DNA of 47,182 bases, taken from the NCBI RefSeq assembly GCF_001854545.1, contig NZ_MLQN01000019.1, positions 1-47,182 of the forward strand, written 5' to 3'. The stretch comes from Helicobacter sp. CLO-3. GTDB taxonomy: Bacteria; Campylobacterota; Campylobacteria; Campylobacterales; Helicobacteraceae. The translations under genes and the position numbers were made by a program. Below the pieces are notes generated by a model, which saw nothing but the letters and a program-made list of their open reading frames with translations, was not told where the DNA came from and did not search any database. This document shows positions 12,384 through 22,291 of this stretch, in pieces. How positions within the stretch are numbered: position 1 is the stretch's first letter; each line of letters starts with the position of its first letter.

Positions 12384-13190
12384 TAAAAGGAGTAAAACAT
12401 ATATTGCAAGTATAAGCGGCCTAACCCACCATTTATGAAGAATTCCCTTGTTGGTTGCGGTATTTTTGCCTGTTTCTTCTGAATTTTTGGACGCAAAAAT
12501 TTCTAGATTCTGTATAAAATTTTTCATTAGCTTTCTTTGGGCGAGTTCTTTTTGGCGCGATTTTATGTCAAAATTTGCCCTTTTTGATTTGAATGTATTT
12601 TGTTGATGTAGATATACGATTTTTGAATCTTCCGCGTTTGGCGTGATTTGTGTAATTTGCGTGATTTGCGAATCCCAGCCATCTTCTGAATCTTTTATAA
12701 TTTTAGAAACTTTTACAATTTGTGAATCTTTTGTGTTTTGCAAATCCTGTTTGGGAGCGGGCGTTTGGGGATTCTGCGCTTTTGGGGCGGGTGTATTTGG
12801 TGTTGAAATTTTTGCCTCTAAAATTTTTTGTTTGGAAATTCTTGATTCGGAAACTCTTGGCGCTGATGTTTTTGGAAATGTTTTTGTAGAAAGCGTTTTT
12901 TGTGCTCGCTCTTGCGTTTGAAAATGCGCCTGCGCTCGTGCCTGAGAATGCGTTTGCGAATGCAAATGCGCCTGCGATTTTCTTGCCTTTAGTGCTTCTG
13001 CGAAGCTTTTTTCCTCATTTGTGGCATTTGTCGCATCATTTTCATCCAAAATATTTTTGAGATTTTTCTCCAAATCCTGCGTATAGCCATCAAGCCTTTT
13101 GCCAAACTTTTGCCCTTCTTGCGCTCTTTTGGCGCGACTAGATTCTCTTTGCTCCCTTCGCTGCTGCGCTTTTTGTAAAAACTCATTCAT
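12363..13190 (-). CDS. Hypothetical tail-anchored membrane protein with a low-complexity K/Q/P-rich cytoplasmic region
   Basis: C-terminal TM anchor WWVRPLILAIYVLLLLLMFYIL. Internal tandem QITQITQIT encoded by repeats at 12643-12672. Start placed at the ATG at 13190 (MNEF; GAGGG 9 nt upstream) rather than the track start at 13250. Confidence 0.5.
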   Translation of the reverse strand: MNEFLQKAQQRREQRESSRAKRAQEGQKFGKRLDGYTQDLEKNLKNILDENDATNATNEEKSFAEALKARKSQAHLHSQTHSQARAQAHFQTQERAQKTLSTKTFPKTSAPRVSESRISKQKILEAKISTPNTPAPKAQNPQTPAPKQDLQNTKDSQIVKVSKIIKDSEDGWDSQITQITQITPNAEDSKIVYLHQQNTFKSKRANFDIKSRQKELAQRKLMKNFIQNLEIFASKNSEETGKNTATNKGILHKWWVRPLILAIYVLLLLLMFYIL

Positions 13191-13568
13191 CTTCAAACCC
13201 TCGCAAAATATTAAAATCTCGCATTTTGCCAAAACCTTGCTAAAAATCATTTTAGATTCTAGGCATTGGCTTTTGAAATCTCTCTAGCACGATAAATAGC
13301 GTGCTGTTTGCTAGAATCTAGCGTGATTTTGCGTTTTAGATTCTACTATCATTTTTTCGCACTTTTCGCATTTGTCGCTGATGCGTTTCACGCGTTGCTA
13401 ATGTATCATCGCGCTTATGGCATTGTATTTATTTCATACGCATCAAATTTTCTAGCTTTTTGTTATTTTTAAGCAAACATTTAAACAAATTAAGGCAAAA
13501 TCCGAGTTTGATTTAAATTCTGCGATACTTGCTTTTATCCTGCATCGTATGTGTTTATCGTATCTTTT

Positions 13569-13644
13569 GGCTCGATAGCTCAGTCGGTAGAGCAGCAGAC
13601 TGAAAATCTGCGTGTCGGCAGTTCGATTCTGCCTCGAGCCACCA
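13569..13644 (+). tRNA. tRNA-Phe (anticodon GAA)
   Basis: 76-nt cloverleaf read manually. Acceptor stem GGCTCGA/TCGAGCC, D-arm GCTC-AGTCGGT-AGAGC, anticodon stem GCAGA/TCTGC with loop CTGAAAA (anticodon GAA), T-arm GGCAG-TTCGATT-CTGCC, encoded 3' CCA. Confidence 0.9.
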
Positions 13645-13759
13645 TTTTTAAATCCTTGCTTTTAGCTTTTTTGCACTTCTTTTTGATTTATTTTCACTTT
13701 TTCTATTTTTTATTTTATTTAGCGCGTTTAGATTCTGCTTTTACTAGAATCCATTTTTA

Positions 13760-14086
13760 TTATCGCGGTGCAAACATTATCACCCACGCACCAGCCAGCG
13801 CCAAACACCCGCCGATGATATCCCAAATATCTGGTTTGAATCCATCTAGCGCCATAGCCCACGCGATAGAAACAGCGATAAATATCCCGCCATACGCCGC
13901 ATACACGCGCGCAAATCCCTCCACCTGCCAAGTCGCCACGACACCATAAAGCACTAGCAACGCACCCCCACAAACGCCAATCCACGCACTTTTGCCCTCT
14001 CTAAGCCACAGCCACACAAGATACCCTCCGCCCACTTCACAAACCGCCGCAAGCAGAAAAATCGCAAAAGATTTTAGCATAAGCAT
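13760..14086 (-). CDS. ynfA: YnfA/UPF0060-family small inner-membrane protein
   Basis: About 108 aa from an internal Met. LKSFAIFLLAAVCEVGGGYLVWLWL ... RVYAAYGGIFIAVSIAWAMALDGFKP closely matches E. coli YnfA as I recall it ([21 protein letters not shown] ... RVYAAYGGVYV). Four TM helices. Confidence 0.8.
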   Translation of the reverse strand: MLMLKSFAIFLLAAVCEVGGGYLVWLWLREGKSAWIGVCGGALLVLYGVVATWQVEGFARVYAAYGGIFIAVSIAWAMALDGFKPDIWDIIGGCLALAGAWVIMFAPR

Positions 14087-14340
14087 GAAATTCCTTGTGG
14101 ATTTTATAAAAATCGCGCACAAAATAAAAATAAATCATATAAAAAATAAAAATAAATTAGCCAAGACTCCAGAATCTAATCAGAATCTAAAGCGATTTTA
14201 AATATTTTAGATTCTGCCACTTTATCTTGCTAATATATTTTAACCGCCCTGCCCTATTTTAAACCTTATCTAAAACCAGAATCTAAATCACAAAGCGCAC
14301 AAAATAAAAATATCAAATCACTAAAAATCATCAAAATAAA

Positions 14341-14580
14341 CTAAAACACCAACATCTCGCGTTTGATTTTATTGAGCCTATCTATCTGCTCTTTTAGCCT
14401 ATCTACTTGCTCATTTAGCTGCTCTAGCACCGACATTTGCAGCTCTTCTGGCATATCCATAGACCCGCGCTTTATCATGATATAATCCACAAAATCGATT
14501 TTCCCCATGCCTAGCAGAATCTGGATTTCATCGCGGATTTCCTCGATTTTGGCGATGATTTCATTTATCCTTTCAAACAT
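14341..14580 (-). CDS. Small (79 aa) coiled-coil hypothetical protein, co-transcribed downstream of kpsF
   Basis: 8-nt overlap with the kpsF stop. Heptad-like E/I/R-rich sequence. No known motif. Confidence 0.45.
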   Translation of the reverse strand: MFERINEIIAKIEEIRDEIQILLGMGKIDFVDYIMIKRGSMDMPEELQMSVLEQLNEQVDRLKEQIDRLNKIKREMLVF

Positions 14581-15589
14581 TTTTATCTCCTTTTATGCCG
14601 ATGTGTATGAGCGTATGTAGGTGCAGCACGCCCAGTATTTTATCATCATTATCCACGACTATTAGCAGTTGGATTTTGTTTTCTTCGATGAAATCCAGCG
14701 CTTGGCTGGCAAGCTTACTTTCATCGCGCCATACCTTTGGTGCGCGCGTGGCAAACTCAATCGCTGGCGCGTTTAAATCAAAATCCTCTCTCATCATCGC
14801 GCGGCGCAAATCCCCATCGCTTAGAATCGCCACAAGCTTGTCATTTTTGGTGATGAGCGCGCTTCCTAGTCGTTTTTCACTCATCGTGATTATCGCGCTT
14901 TTTAGCGGCGTTCTTTCATCGATTATGGGGAGATTCTCTTTTTGCATTATGTCAGAAACTTTGATGAAAAGCCTTTTGCCAAGGCTACCTCCGGGATGAA
15001 AACTGCCAAAATCCATTTTGTCAAACTCGCGCGCTTTCATAAGGCACGCCGCCAGCGCATCGCCCATAGCAAGCGTTAGCGTTGTCGAGCTCATGGGCGC
15101 GGCGTTTATCGGGCAGGCTTCTTTGCCGATAGCTATCGGCAAGAAATAATCGCCCATTTGGCTAAGTGGCGATGCGCTTGATTTGCTCATCGTGATTATC
15201 GCGCGGCTTAGGCGTTTGAGATGTGGCATGATTTCTAGCACTTCGGCACTTTCGCCGCTGTAGCTAATCACTAGCATAATATCGCGCGCGCCCACCATGC
15301 CAAGATCGCCATGCAGCGCTTCTGTGGGGTGGAGGAAAAAGCTAGGCGTGCCCGTGCTTGCGAGCGTGGCGGCTATTTTTTTGCCGATATGCCCGCTTTT
15401 GCCTACGCCACACACGATGAGCTTGCCGCCGTTGCTGCTAGATTCTAGTATGGCTTTGATGATTTCTTGCCAGTTTATTTGTGTCATTTTTTTGGCAGAA
15501 TCTAGCAATTCTTGCGCCTCTTTTTCTAGCGTCTCGGCGGCTATTTTGGCAAAATCTAATGAGAGGTTTTTGAAAATGTCTTTTTGCAT
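14573..15589 (-). CDS. kpsF: Arabinose-5-phosphate isomerase (KpsF/KdsD; SIS plus tandem CBS domains)
   Basis: SIS motif GKLIVCGVGKSGHIGKKIAATLASTG, C-terminal CBS pair. SD AAGGAAAAAA before the ATG. Sits next to rnj-ksgA as HP1429 does in H. pylori. Confidence 0.9.
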   Translation of the reverse strand: MQKDIFKNLSLDFAKIAAETLEKEAQELLDSAKKMTQINWQEIIKAILESSSNGGKLIVCGVGKSGHIGKKIAATLASTGTPSFFLHPTEALHGDLGMVGARDIMLVISYSGESAEVLEIMPHLKRLSRAIITMSKSSASPLSQMGDYFLPIAIGKEACPINAAPMSSTTLTLAMGDALAACLMKAREFDKMDFGSFHPGGSLGKRLFIKVSDIMQKENLPIIDERTPLKSAIITMSEKRLGSALITKNDKLVAILSDGDLRRAMMREDFDLNAPAIEFATRAPKVWRDESKLASQALDFIEENKIQLLIVVDNDDKILGVLHLHTLIHIGIKGDKNV

Positions 15590-15852
15590 TTTTTTCCTTA
15601 GATTCTGGGTTTGGATTCTGACTGTGGCTGGGCGCTTAGAATCTAGCTGGGATTAGCGCGCTTTGATTTTGCTTTTAGATTCTGGTTTGGATTTTACTTC
15701 TAGATTCTAGCGCCAGAATCTAAATCGCGCCTGTTGTTTAAATCAAAGCGCCCAAATCAAGCCACGCCAAAAAAAGCGCACCCAAATACACGCACCGAAT
15801 CGCGCCAAATACGCCTTTTAAGCCACAATTGCGCGCCCTTAAGCCACAAAAT

Positions 15853-18219
15853 CTACGCCGTAAAAATATGCGTCAAAATCGCCGGATATTTTTTCATGCG
15901 CTTAAATATGAGCTTTCGCACGATGTTTCGCACTTCTGCTTCGATTTGCTTTTTGTCGTTGAAAAGCTCTTTGCGCGCTGATCGCACCGCCATTTCTAGC
16001 GTGCCTATTATCTCATCTTTGACTTCTTTTACCTCTTCGCTACTCACCACGCCTATCATTTCCACTTCTAGCGAGCGGATTTTTTGCTCGGCTTTGTTGA
16101 TAAACGCCACGATACTCACAAGCCCACATTCTGCGAGATCTTGGCGGTCTTGCACGGTGGCATTATCGATTTGTTTATTCACTTGATTATCGATGAAAAC
16201 CTTGCCGCTTTTGACATTGCCGCATTTTCGCATGAAGCTTGGATTTACCTCGATTTGATCGCCATCTTCCATAAGCAATATATTTTTCTCCGGCACGCCA
16301 CATTTTACCGCGGTGTCTTTGTGCTTTGAGACATGGTTATACTCGCCATGCACTGGGAGGAAAAATTTGGGCTTGGTGAGGCGTAGCATCAGCTTTTGCT
16401 CTTCTTGCGCGGCATGCCCGCTTACATGTATCTCGCTGAAATCCTGATATGCCACGCTAGCGCCCGCTTTCATGAGGAAATTTAGCACCGCAGAGACAGA
16501 GCCTTCATTGCCCGGGATCGCTTTGGCAGAGAGGATGACTAGGTCAGTGGATTTGATTTTGACATGTCGATGCTCATCTGTCGCCATGCGATAAAGCGCG
16601 CTCATCGTCTCGCCTTGTGAGCCGGTGGTGACTATCAGCACTTCATGATCTGGGTATTTTTCTATCTCATGCGCTTCGATGAAAATATTGCTCGGAAGCT
16701 CGATATAGCCAAGTTCTCGCGCGATGTCGAGGTTTTTTTCCATAGAGCGCCCTATCACTGCGACTTTGCGCCCATATTTTAGCCCATAGCTGATAGCCTG
16801 ATACACGCGGTGGATATTTGAGCTAAAGGTGCTCATTATCACGCGCCCGGTGGCGTTTTTAAATAGAGAGTCAAAAGTAGGTCCTACGACGGCTTCGCTT
16901 TGCGTGCAGCCACTTTTATGCGAGTTGGTAGAATCGCTTAGCAATAGCATCACGCCCTGCTCGCCATAATGCGCCAAGCGGTGCAAATCTGTAGGAAGGT
17001 TGTCGATAGGCGTGTGGTCGATTTTGAAATCGCCGGTGTGGATGATAAGCCCCGCTTCTGTTTGTATCGCAAGCGCGCTAGAATCTATGATAGAGTGTGT
17101 GATATGTATCCACTCTATTTCAAACTCGCCGATTTTGATAGGCTGGCGCTTTTGCACCACGCGAAAGCATGAGCGGAATTTTTTGAGCCCGTGCTCATCA
17201 AATTTATTGCCTATCATGCCAAGTGCGAGCGGCGTGCCATAAAGGGGGAATTGAAACTTTTTGAAAAGATAGGGCACAGCGCCGATGTGGTCTTCATGCG
17301 CGTGCGTGATGACGATGCCAGCGACTTTGTCTTTGATGCTTTCAAGGTATTGAAAATCAGGGATCAAAATATCCACGCCATGCATATTTTCTTCCGGGAA
17401 GCTCATCCCCACATCAATGATAATCGCGGAGTTTTCCGTCTCCATCACCATCATATTTCCGCCGATCTCGCCAAGCCCGCCAAGTGGCGTGATTTTCACT
17501 TTTGCTTTGGTGTCTAGGTTTAGCTTGTTGTGCGGGTTTAGGCTGTTTTTTTGGATTCTGGTGTTGGTCTCTACGCCCCGTTTCAAATCTTTGTGAAATG
17601 CGAGATTGCCGCGCTCATTGATCCCTTGCACTTCGCGCGCACCTTCTGGCGTGTCGTATGTAGGCGCGCTAAATCCTTGTCTAGGAAACATGCGGCGCTG
17701 TTTTGGCGCGCCAGAATCTTGCGCGTTTTGTGGTACGTTTGGATTTTGCATATTTGGATTTTGGGCGCTTGGATTCTGCGTCATATTTTGTGGCGCGTGG
17801 TTTTGCTGTGGTGCGCGGGTGTTTGGTGAATGCGCGTTGTGCGTGTTGTTCGCGTTTTTGTAGCCATTTCGCTGGTTGTGGTTGCGTTGCGCGTGCTGTG
17901 AGTTTTGCGGATTTTGCTGATACCCGCCGCCAAATTCCCTGTTAGATTCTCGGTTGCCTTCTTTATTAGATTCTCGATTGCCCTCTCGATTGTCTCTGCC
18001 AAAATCGCGCCTAGAATCCTTGCTAGAATCTCTATTTGCATCTTTGCCAAAATCTCTAGATTCTCGGTTGGCTTCTTGATTGTCTCTGCCTCGATTATCT
18101 CTGCCTCCATTATCTCTACCTTGATTATCTCTGCTTCCGCCAAATCGATTGCCAAAAAATCGCTTTTTCTCTGGCGCGCCTTGGTTTTCTGCTGTGTTGT
18201 TTGGTGTGTTTTCGTTCAT
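15853..18219 (-). CDS. rnj: Ribonuclease J with a ~230-aa repetitive R/D/N/G/Q-rich N-terminal extension
   Basis: Metallo-beta-lactamase HxHxDH motif (ITHAHEDHIGAVPYL), beta-CASP and C-terminal domains. The first ~230 aa are low-complexity (GNRESNKEGNRESNREF; RDNQGRDNGGRDNRGRDN). SD AAGGAAAG before the ATG. Confidence 0.9.
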   Translation of the reverse strand: MNENTPNNTAENQGAPEKKRFFGNRFGGSRDNQGRDNGGRDNRGRDNQEANRESRDFGKDANRDSSKDSRRDFGRDNREGNRESNKEGNRESNREFGGGYQQNPQNSQHAQRNHNQRNGYKNANNTHNAHSPNTRAPQQNHAPQNMTQNPSAQNPNMQNPNVPQNAQDSGAPKQRRMFPRQGFSAPTYDTPEGAREVQGINERGNLAFHKDLKRGVETNTRIQKNSLNPHNKLNLDTKAKVKITPLGGLGEIGGNMMVMETENSAIIIDVGMSFPEENMHGVDILIPDFQYLESIKDKVAGIVITHAHEDHIGAVPYLFKKFQFPLYGTPLALGMIGNKFDEHGLKKFRSCFRVVQKRQPIKIGEFEIEWIHITHSIIDSSALAIQTEAGLIIHTGDFKIDHTPIDNLPTDLHRLAHYGEQGVMLLLSDSTNSHKSGCTQSEAVVGPTFDSLFKNATGRVIMSTFSSNIHRVYQAISYGLKYGRKVAVIGRSMEKNLDIARELGYIELPSNIFIEAHEIEKYPDHEVLIVTTGSQGETMSALYRMATDEHRHVKIKSTDLVILSAKAIPGNEGSVSAVLNFLMKAGASVAYQDFSEIHVSGHAAQEEQKLMLRLTKPKFFLPVHGEYNHVSKHKDTAVKCGVPEKNILLMEDGDQIEVNPSFMRKCGNVKSGKVFIDNQVNKQIDNATVQDRQDLAECGLVSIVAFINKAEQKIRSLEVEMIGVVSSEEVKEVKDEIIGTLEMAVRSARKELFNDKKQIEAEVRNIVRKLIFKRMKKYPAILTHIFTA

Positions 18220-19421
18220 TTTCTTTCCTTTATTTGGTTGTGTATTTGGTGATACTTTTGTGTGCTAAGCTCATGCGGGCGCGTATTTGGCGCGATATCT
18301 AGCCGCGCAAAAATGGATTCTAGCGTCGCTTTGTCATAGCGGCTTGCAAGATTGTTTAGCAGTTTTTTGCGTGGTGCGGAAAATGCCGCTTTTAGCATAT
18401 TTTCAAAGCTATTTGAAATCTGCCAAGCGTTTGTTTCGCGCGTTTTGCTAGTTTTGCTCGCCTCGCTAACCTCACTTGCTTTTTTGCCTTGCCTTGCCAG
18501 CTTCGCTTTGCTTATTAGCTCCGCTCCGCTTTGTCGCTCCACTTCGCCTTTTTCGCTAGTTTCGCTATTTTTGCCAGCCTTGCTTTTTTGGCTTTTTTGC
18601 TCCATTTGGCTAGTCGCGTTTATCTCGCCTTTTTGCGTAAAATCTTGCGCGCTATTTATGCTAGCTTGGCTAACTCGCATGCTTTGCATCGCACAATCGC
18701 ACGGCGCTTTTGAAGCGTATTTTTTATGAGAAAATACCGCAGAAGTCACCTTTGGCATCGGCTCAAACGCCTCTTTTGGCACTTCAAAAAGCAGCCTCGT
18801 CTCGCCCACACTTTGTGCCAGCACGCTAAGCGCGCAAAACTCGCTCTGCCCCTCATCCGCGCAAAACTTCAGCGCGACCTCTTTTTGCGTCATCACCACA
18901 AAGCCCTCGCATAGCGGATCTTTTAGCAGATTTATCACGATGCGCGTGGCTATGTAATATGGCAGATTTGACACGAGGATATAGGGTTCATCCGCCAGCC
19001 ATGCATACACTTCTTGCATGCTTTGAGATTCTCGCTCCGCTTTGTTTGGCGCGCCAGAATCCGAATGTTTAGATTCCACTTTAGATTCTAGGCTTTTAGA
19101 ATCCATATTTTTGGATTCTGCGCCAGCGCTTGCATTTAGCGCGTTTAGCGGGATAGATAGGACATCTTTTTGCACGAGGCTAAAAGTGTGCGGAAAAATA
19201 CGCGATGAAAACCGCCGCAACACAAAAGAACACAGATCGGCATCAATCTCATAGGTGGTAAGGCTTGAGATCTGCAATAGCCGCTCTGACAAATCACCCA
19301 AACCAACGCCGATTTCTACTAGCTTGCGATGCTGCAGCAGCTCGGAGCTCACTTGGAGGATTTTATCCAGATACAAAGGATCTTTTAAAAAATTCTGCCC
19401 GAATTTCTTTTTGGCTTGCAA
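18216..19421 (-). CDS. rsmA: 16S rRNA (adenine1518/1519-N6)-dimethyltransferase RsmA/KsgA carrying two low-complexity insertions
   Basis: KKFGQNFL N-terminus, SAM motif VEIGVGLGDLSE, NLPYYIATRIV, FxVPxxAFxPxPKV. It is 401 aa versus the ~270 aa typical, because of insertions at aa ~95-140 and ~240-335. A 4-nt overlap with the rnj start implies an operon. A TTG start is inferred. Confidence 0.85.
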   Translation of the reverse strand: MQAKKKFGQNFLKDPLYLDKILQVSSELLQHRKLVEIGVGLGDLSERLLQISSLTTYEIDADLCSFVLRRFSSRIFPHTFSLVQKDVLSIPLNALNASAGAESKNMDSKSLESKVESKHSDSGAPNKAERESQSMQEVYAWLADEPYILVSNLPYYIATRIVINLLKDPLCEGFVVMTQKEVALKFCADEGQSEFCALSVLAQSVGETRLLFEVPKEAFEPMPKVTSAVFSHKKYASKAPCDCAMQSMRVSQASINSAQDFTQKGEINATSQMEQKSQKSKAGKNSETSEKGEVERQSGAELISKAKLARQGKKASEVSEASKTSKTRETNAWQISNSFENMLKAAFSAPRKKLLNNLASRYDKATLESIFARLDIAPNTRPHELSTQKYHQIHNQIKERK

Positions 19422-19697
19422 AAATACAACCTTTGTTTTGTAAATCTATTTTAAGATTTTGATATCTGAATATGGCAAATAATTTAAGCTTGCCAAATAA
19501 ATATCGCGTATTGTATCGAGTTTTTCATTAATTATTTGTAAATAATAAGTATGATTTCATAATTTTAAAGCCCAGCGAGAATCCGCGAGAGAATCTGCGC
19601 GAAAATCTATGCCAAAATTTACGCGAGAATCCGCACTTGGTAAGAATCTATAAAATCTAGCGGCAAATCATAGAGCGACAGCAAAGGAGCGGCATCA

Positions 19698-20525
19698 ATG
19701 AATCATCTAGCAAAGCGCATCATCCCATGCCTTGATATCAAAAATGGCAAGGTCGTCAAGGGGGTGAATTTTGTCGGTTTGCAAGATGTGGGCGATCCGC
19801 TAGAGCTAGCAAAGCTCTATAATGATGCGGGCGCGGATGAGCTCGTGATCCTAGACATCACGGCGACTTTTGAGCATCGGCAGATCATCGCTGATCTCAT
19901 CCGAAATATCGCCAAAGAGGTGTATATACCGCTGACTATCGGCGGGGGCATACGCACGCTTGATGATATGTATCTGCTGCTTGATGCGGGCGCGGATAAA
20001 ATCAGCCTCAATAGCACCGCGATAAAAAATCCAGAGCTCATCGAGCAGGCGGCGAAACGATTTGGCTCGCAGTGCGTGGTGATAGCTATCGATGTGAGGA
20101 GTGAAAATTGGGAGGGGGCTTTGCAAGGTGGGCGAAATGGAGGCGCGCAAGCCAACTCTACAAAAATCCATCACACCAAAAAAGAAGTCTATATAAAAGG
20201 TGGCAGGGAAAACACAGGTATAGAGATGTGCGAATGGGCGAAGATCTGCGAGGATAAAGGCGCGGGCGAGTTTCTGCTTACGAGCATGGATACTGATGGC
20301 ACGAAAAATGGCTATGATATCGATGCGCTGACGCAGTTGCGAGAATCTGTGAGTCTGCCTATCATCGCTTCTGGTGGTGCAGGGAAAATGGAGCACATTG
20401 CGGAGGTTTTTGAGATGGATGTGGCGGATGCTGCGCTTGCGGCTAGCATTTTTCATAATAATGAAATCACGATAGCGGATTTGAAACGCTATCTAGATTC
20501 TCGTGGCATCCCTGTGAGAATCTAG
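19698..20525 (+). CDS. hisF: Imidazole glycerol phosphate synthase cyclase subunit HisF
   Basis: [17 protein letters not shown]-terminus, (beta/alpha)8 HisF motifs, [16 protein letters not shown] ~20-aa Gly/Asn-rich insertion ([20 protein letters not shown]) is present. SD AAAGGAG. Confidence 0.9.
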   Translation: MNHLAKRIIPCLDIKNGKVVKGVNFVGLQDVGDPLELAKLYNDAGADELVILDITATFEHRQIIADLIRNIAKEVYIPLTIGGGIRTLDDMYLLLDAGADKISLNSTAIKNPELIEQAAKRFGSQCVVIAIDVRSENWEGALQGGRNGGAQANSTKIHHTKKEVYIKGGRENTGIEMCEWAKICEDKGAGEFLLTSMDTDGTKNGYDIDALTQLRESVSLPIIASGGAGKMEHIAEVFEMDVADAALAASIFHNNEITIADLKRYLDSRGIPVRI

Positions 20526-20661
20526 CGCGAGAATCCAAAAATGAAAAAATTTTGGAATGAGAAAATCCAAAGATGTCAAAATTTTAAGGTGCGAGAATCC
20601 AAAATGTCAGAATCCAAAGCGCGGCAAAATACTAAAATACCAGAATCTAAAAGGGCTTGAT

Positions 20662-21219
20662 ATGCTGATTTGTGCGGGACGAAATGAATTTATCAAATAC
20701 GCGACACCCATAGGCGTGGGGCTGGTGGAAGCTAGCATCGGGCTTACGCGATTGTGTTTGCGAGAGTCTATCGAGAAGCTGACTTTCATCGGCACGGCGG
20801 GTGCGTATTCTTATGATTTGCCGCTGCTTTCTTTGTGCGCGAGTAAGCAGGCTACGCAGATAGAGAGCGGGTTTTTGTCTGGCGAGTGTTATACGCCGCT
20901 GGAGAATTGCATCGCGATAGAAAATCAAGCTGTTTCACGGGAAACATTGGAGAGCATTTCTGAAGTGCTGGTAAATTCCTCCAACTACATCACGACCAAT
21001 CCCAATATTTCCAACAAAATGACGAGCGCTGGAATCCTGCTAGAAAATATGGAATTTTTTGCCGTTTTGCGTGTGGCGCAAGAATTTAACATCCCGACTT
21101 TGGGCGTGTTTTGTATCACTAATTATTGCAATGAAAACGCACATCGCGATTTTCTGCTAAACCATGCCAAAGCAAAAGCCAAGCTAGAAGAGTATATCGA
21201 TGGCAAAAAATATCTATAG
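20662..21219 (+). CDS. PNP/UDP-phosphorylase-fold nucleosidase family protein (MTA/futalosine nucleosidase-like); function uncertain
   Basis: 185 aa from the ATG at 20662, which has SD AAAGGG. The 35 codons upstream in the track ORF derive from AGAATCCAAA repeats and are probably not translated. The nucleosidase-like call rests on length and the nucleoside-phosphorylase-like LICAGRNE motif. Overlaps the rlmN start by 20 nt. Confidence 0.4.
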   Translation: MLICAGRNEFIKYATPIGVGLVEASIGLTRLCLRESIEKLTFIGTAGAYSYDLPLLSLCASKQATQIESGFLSGECYTPLENCIAIENQAVSRETLESISEVLVNSSNYITTNPNISNKMTSAGILLENMEFFAVLRVAQEFNIPTLGVFCITNYCNENAHRDFLLNHAKAKAKLEEYIDGKKYL

Positions 21220-22291
21220 CTACAGCGTCGCCGAGCTAGAATCCATCCTTGCCGCGCGCAAGATTCCGAAGTATCGAGCCAAGCAGATTTATCACTGGGC
21301 TTATGTGCGCTATGAGAAAGATTTCACCGCTATGCAAAATCTGCCAAAAGATTTGCGCGAGATGTTGGCGCAGGAGTTTAGCGCGCAGAATCTGACTCTA
21401 GCCACGCTAGAAGAAAGCAAAGATGGCAGCAAAAAATATCTTTTCCAAACGCGAGATGGACATACATTTGAAAGTGTGTTTCTAAAAATGCGCGATAAAA
21501 AGCTCGATAGTGAGGGCAAAATCATCGAGAGTGAAAAATACACCTTCTGCATCTCTAGTCAAATCGGCTGCAAGGTGGGCTGTGCTTTTTGCTCGACAGC
21601 GAAGGGCGGGTTTGTCCGCGATCTAGAATCCGGCGAGATAGTCGAGCAGGTGCTCGAGCTAAAAAGGCGCAACAACCTCGCACCAGAAAAACGAGTAAAT
21701 ATAGTGTATATGGGTATGGGCGAGCCGCTGAATAATTTTGAGAATCTGACGCACGCGATACAAATCATCGCTGACTTGAATGGCTTATCCATATCGCCCA
21801 AGCGGCAGACGATCTCTACTAGCGGCGTGAGTCCGCATATCGATAGGCTGGGTGAGGAGAATCTAGGCGTGCAGCTGGCTATCTCTCTGCACGCGGTGGA
21901 TGATGCGCTACGCTCGAAACTTATGCCTATAAACAAGGAGTATAATATACAGAGCATCATCGATGCGGTGCGGCGGTTTCCCATCGATGCGCGCAAAAGG
22001 GTGATGTTTGAATACCTAGTGATAAAGGATCTAAACGATGATCTAGCGAGCGCAAAAAAACTGCTAAAGCTACTAAATGGCATCAAGGCGAAGGTGAATC
22101 TGATTTTGTTTAACCCGCATACTGGCTCGAAGTTTGGTCGCCCGGATGAGAAAAAGGTCAAAGATTTTGCGGATTATTTGATATCTAAGGGCTTGCTTGC
22201 TACTATTAGAGAATCCAAAGGTTTGGATATTTCAGCGGCGTGCGGACAGCTGCGGGAGAAAAAGCTCGCCAAAGAAAAAGTTGGAGTATGA
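21200..22291 (+). CDS. rlmN: 23S rRNA/tRNA adenine-C2 methyltransferase RlmN (radical SAM)
   Basis: Radical-SAM cysteine cluster CxxxCxFCST ([14 protein letters not shown]), second conserved Cys in GxSxSxxG...AACGQL. 363 aa. Confidence 0.9.
   Translation: MAKNIYSYSVAELESILAARKIPKYRAKQIYHWAYVRYEKDFTAMQNLPKDLREMLAQEFSAQNLTLATLEESKDGSKKYLFQTRDGHTFESVFLKMRDKKLDSEGKIIESEKYTFCISSQIGCKVGCAFCSTAKGGFVRDLESGEIVEQVLELKRRNNLAPEKRVNIVYMGMGEPLNNFENLTHAIQIIADLNGLSISPKRQTISTSGVSPHIDRLGEENLGVQLAISLHAVDDALRSKLMPINKEYNIQSIIDAVRRFPIDARKRVMFEYLVIKDLNDDLASAKKLLKLLNGIKAKVNLILFNPHTGSKFGRPDEKKVKDFADYLISKGLLATIRESKGLDISAACGQLREKKLAKEKVGV

Noticed and set aside
13551-13949. 132-aa ORF spanning the tRNA-Phe gene, and overlapping minus-strand ORFs 13728..13985
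   Set aside because: Overlaps a clear tRNA and the YnfA gene. Artefactual.
15853-18252. Multiple ORFs antisense to rnj (e.g. 17191..17517, 17781..18155, 17905..18252)
   Set aside because: Generated by the repetitive low-complexity DNA of the RNase J N-terminal region. No independent support.
20557-20661. N-terminal 35 codons of the track ORF for the nucleosidase-like gene
   Set aside because: Encoded by AGAATCCAAA repeat DNA. A better ATG with an SD lies at 20662.
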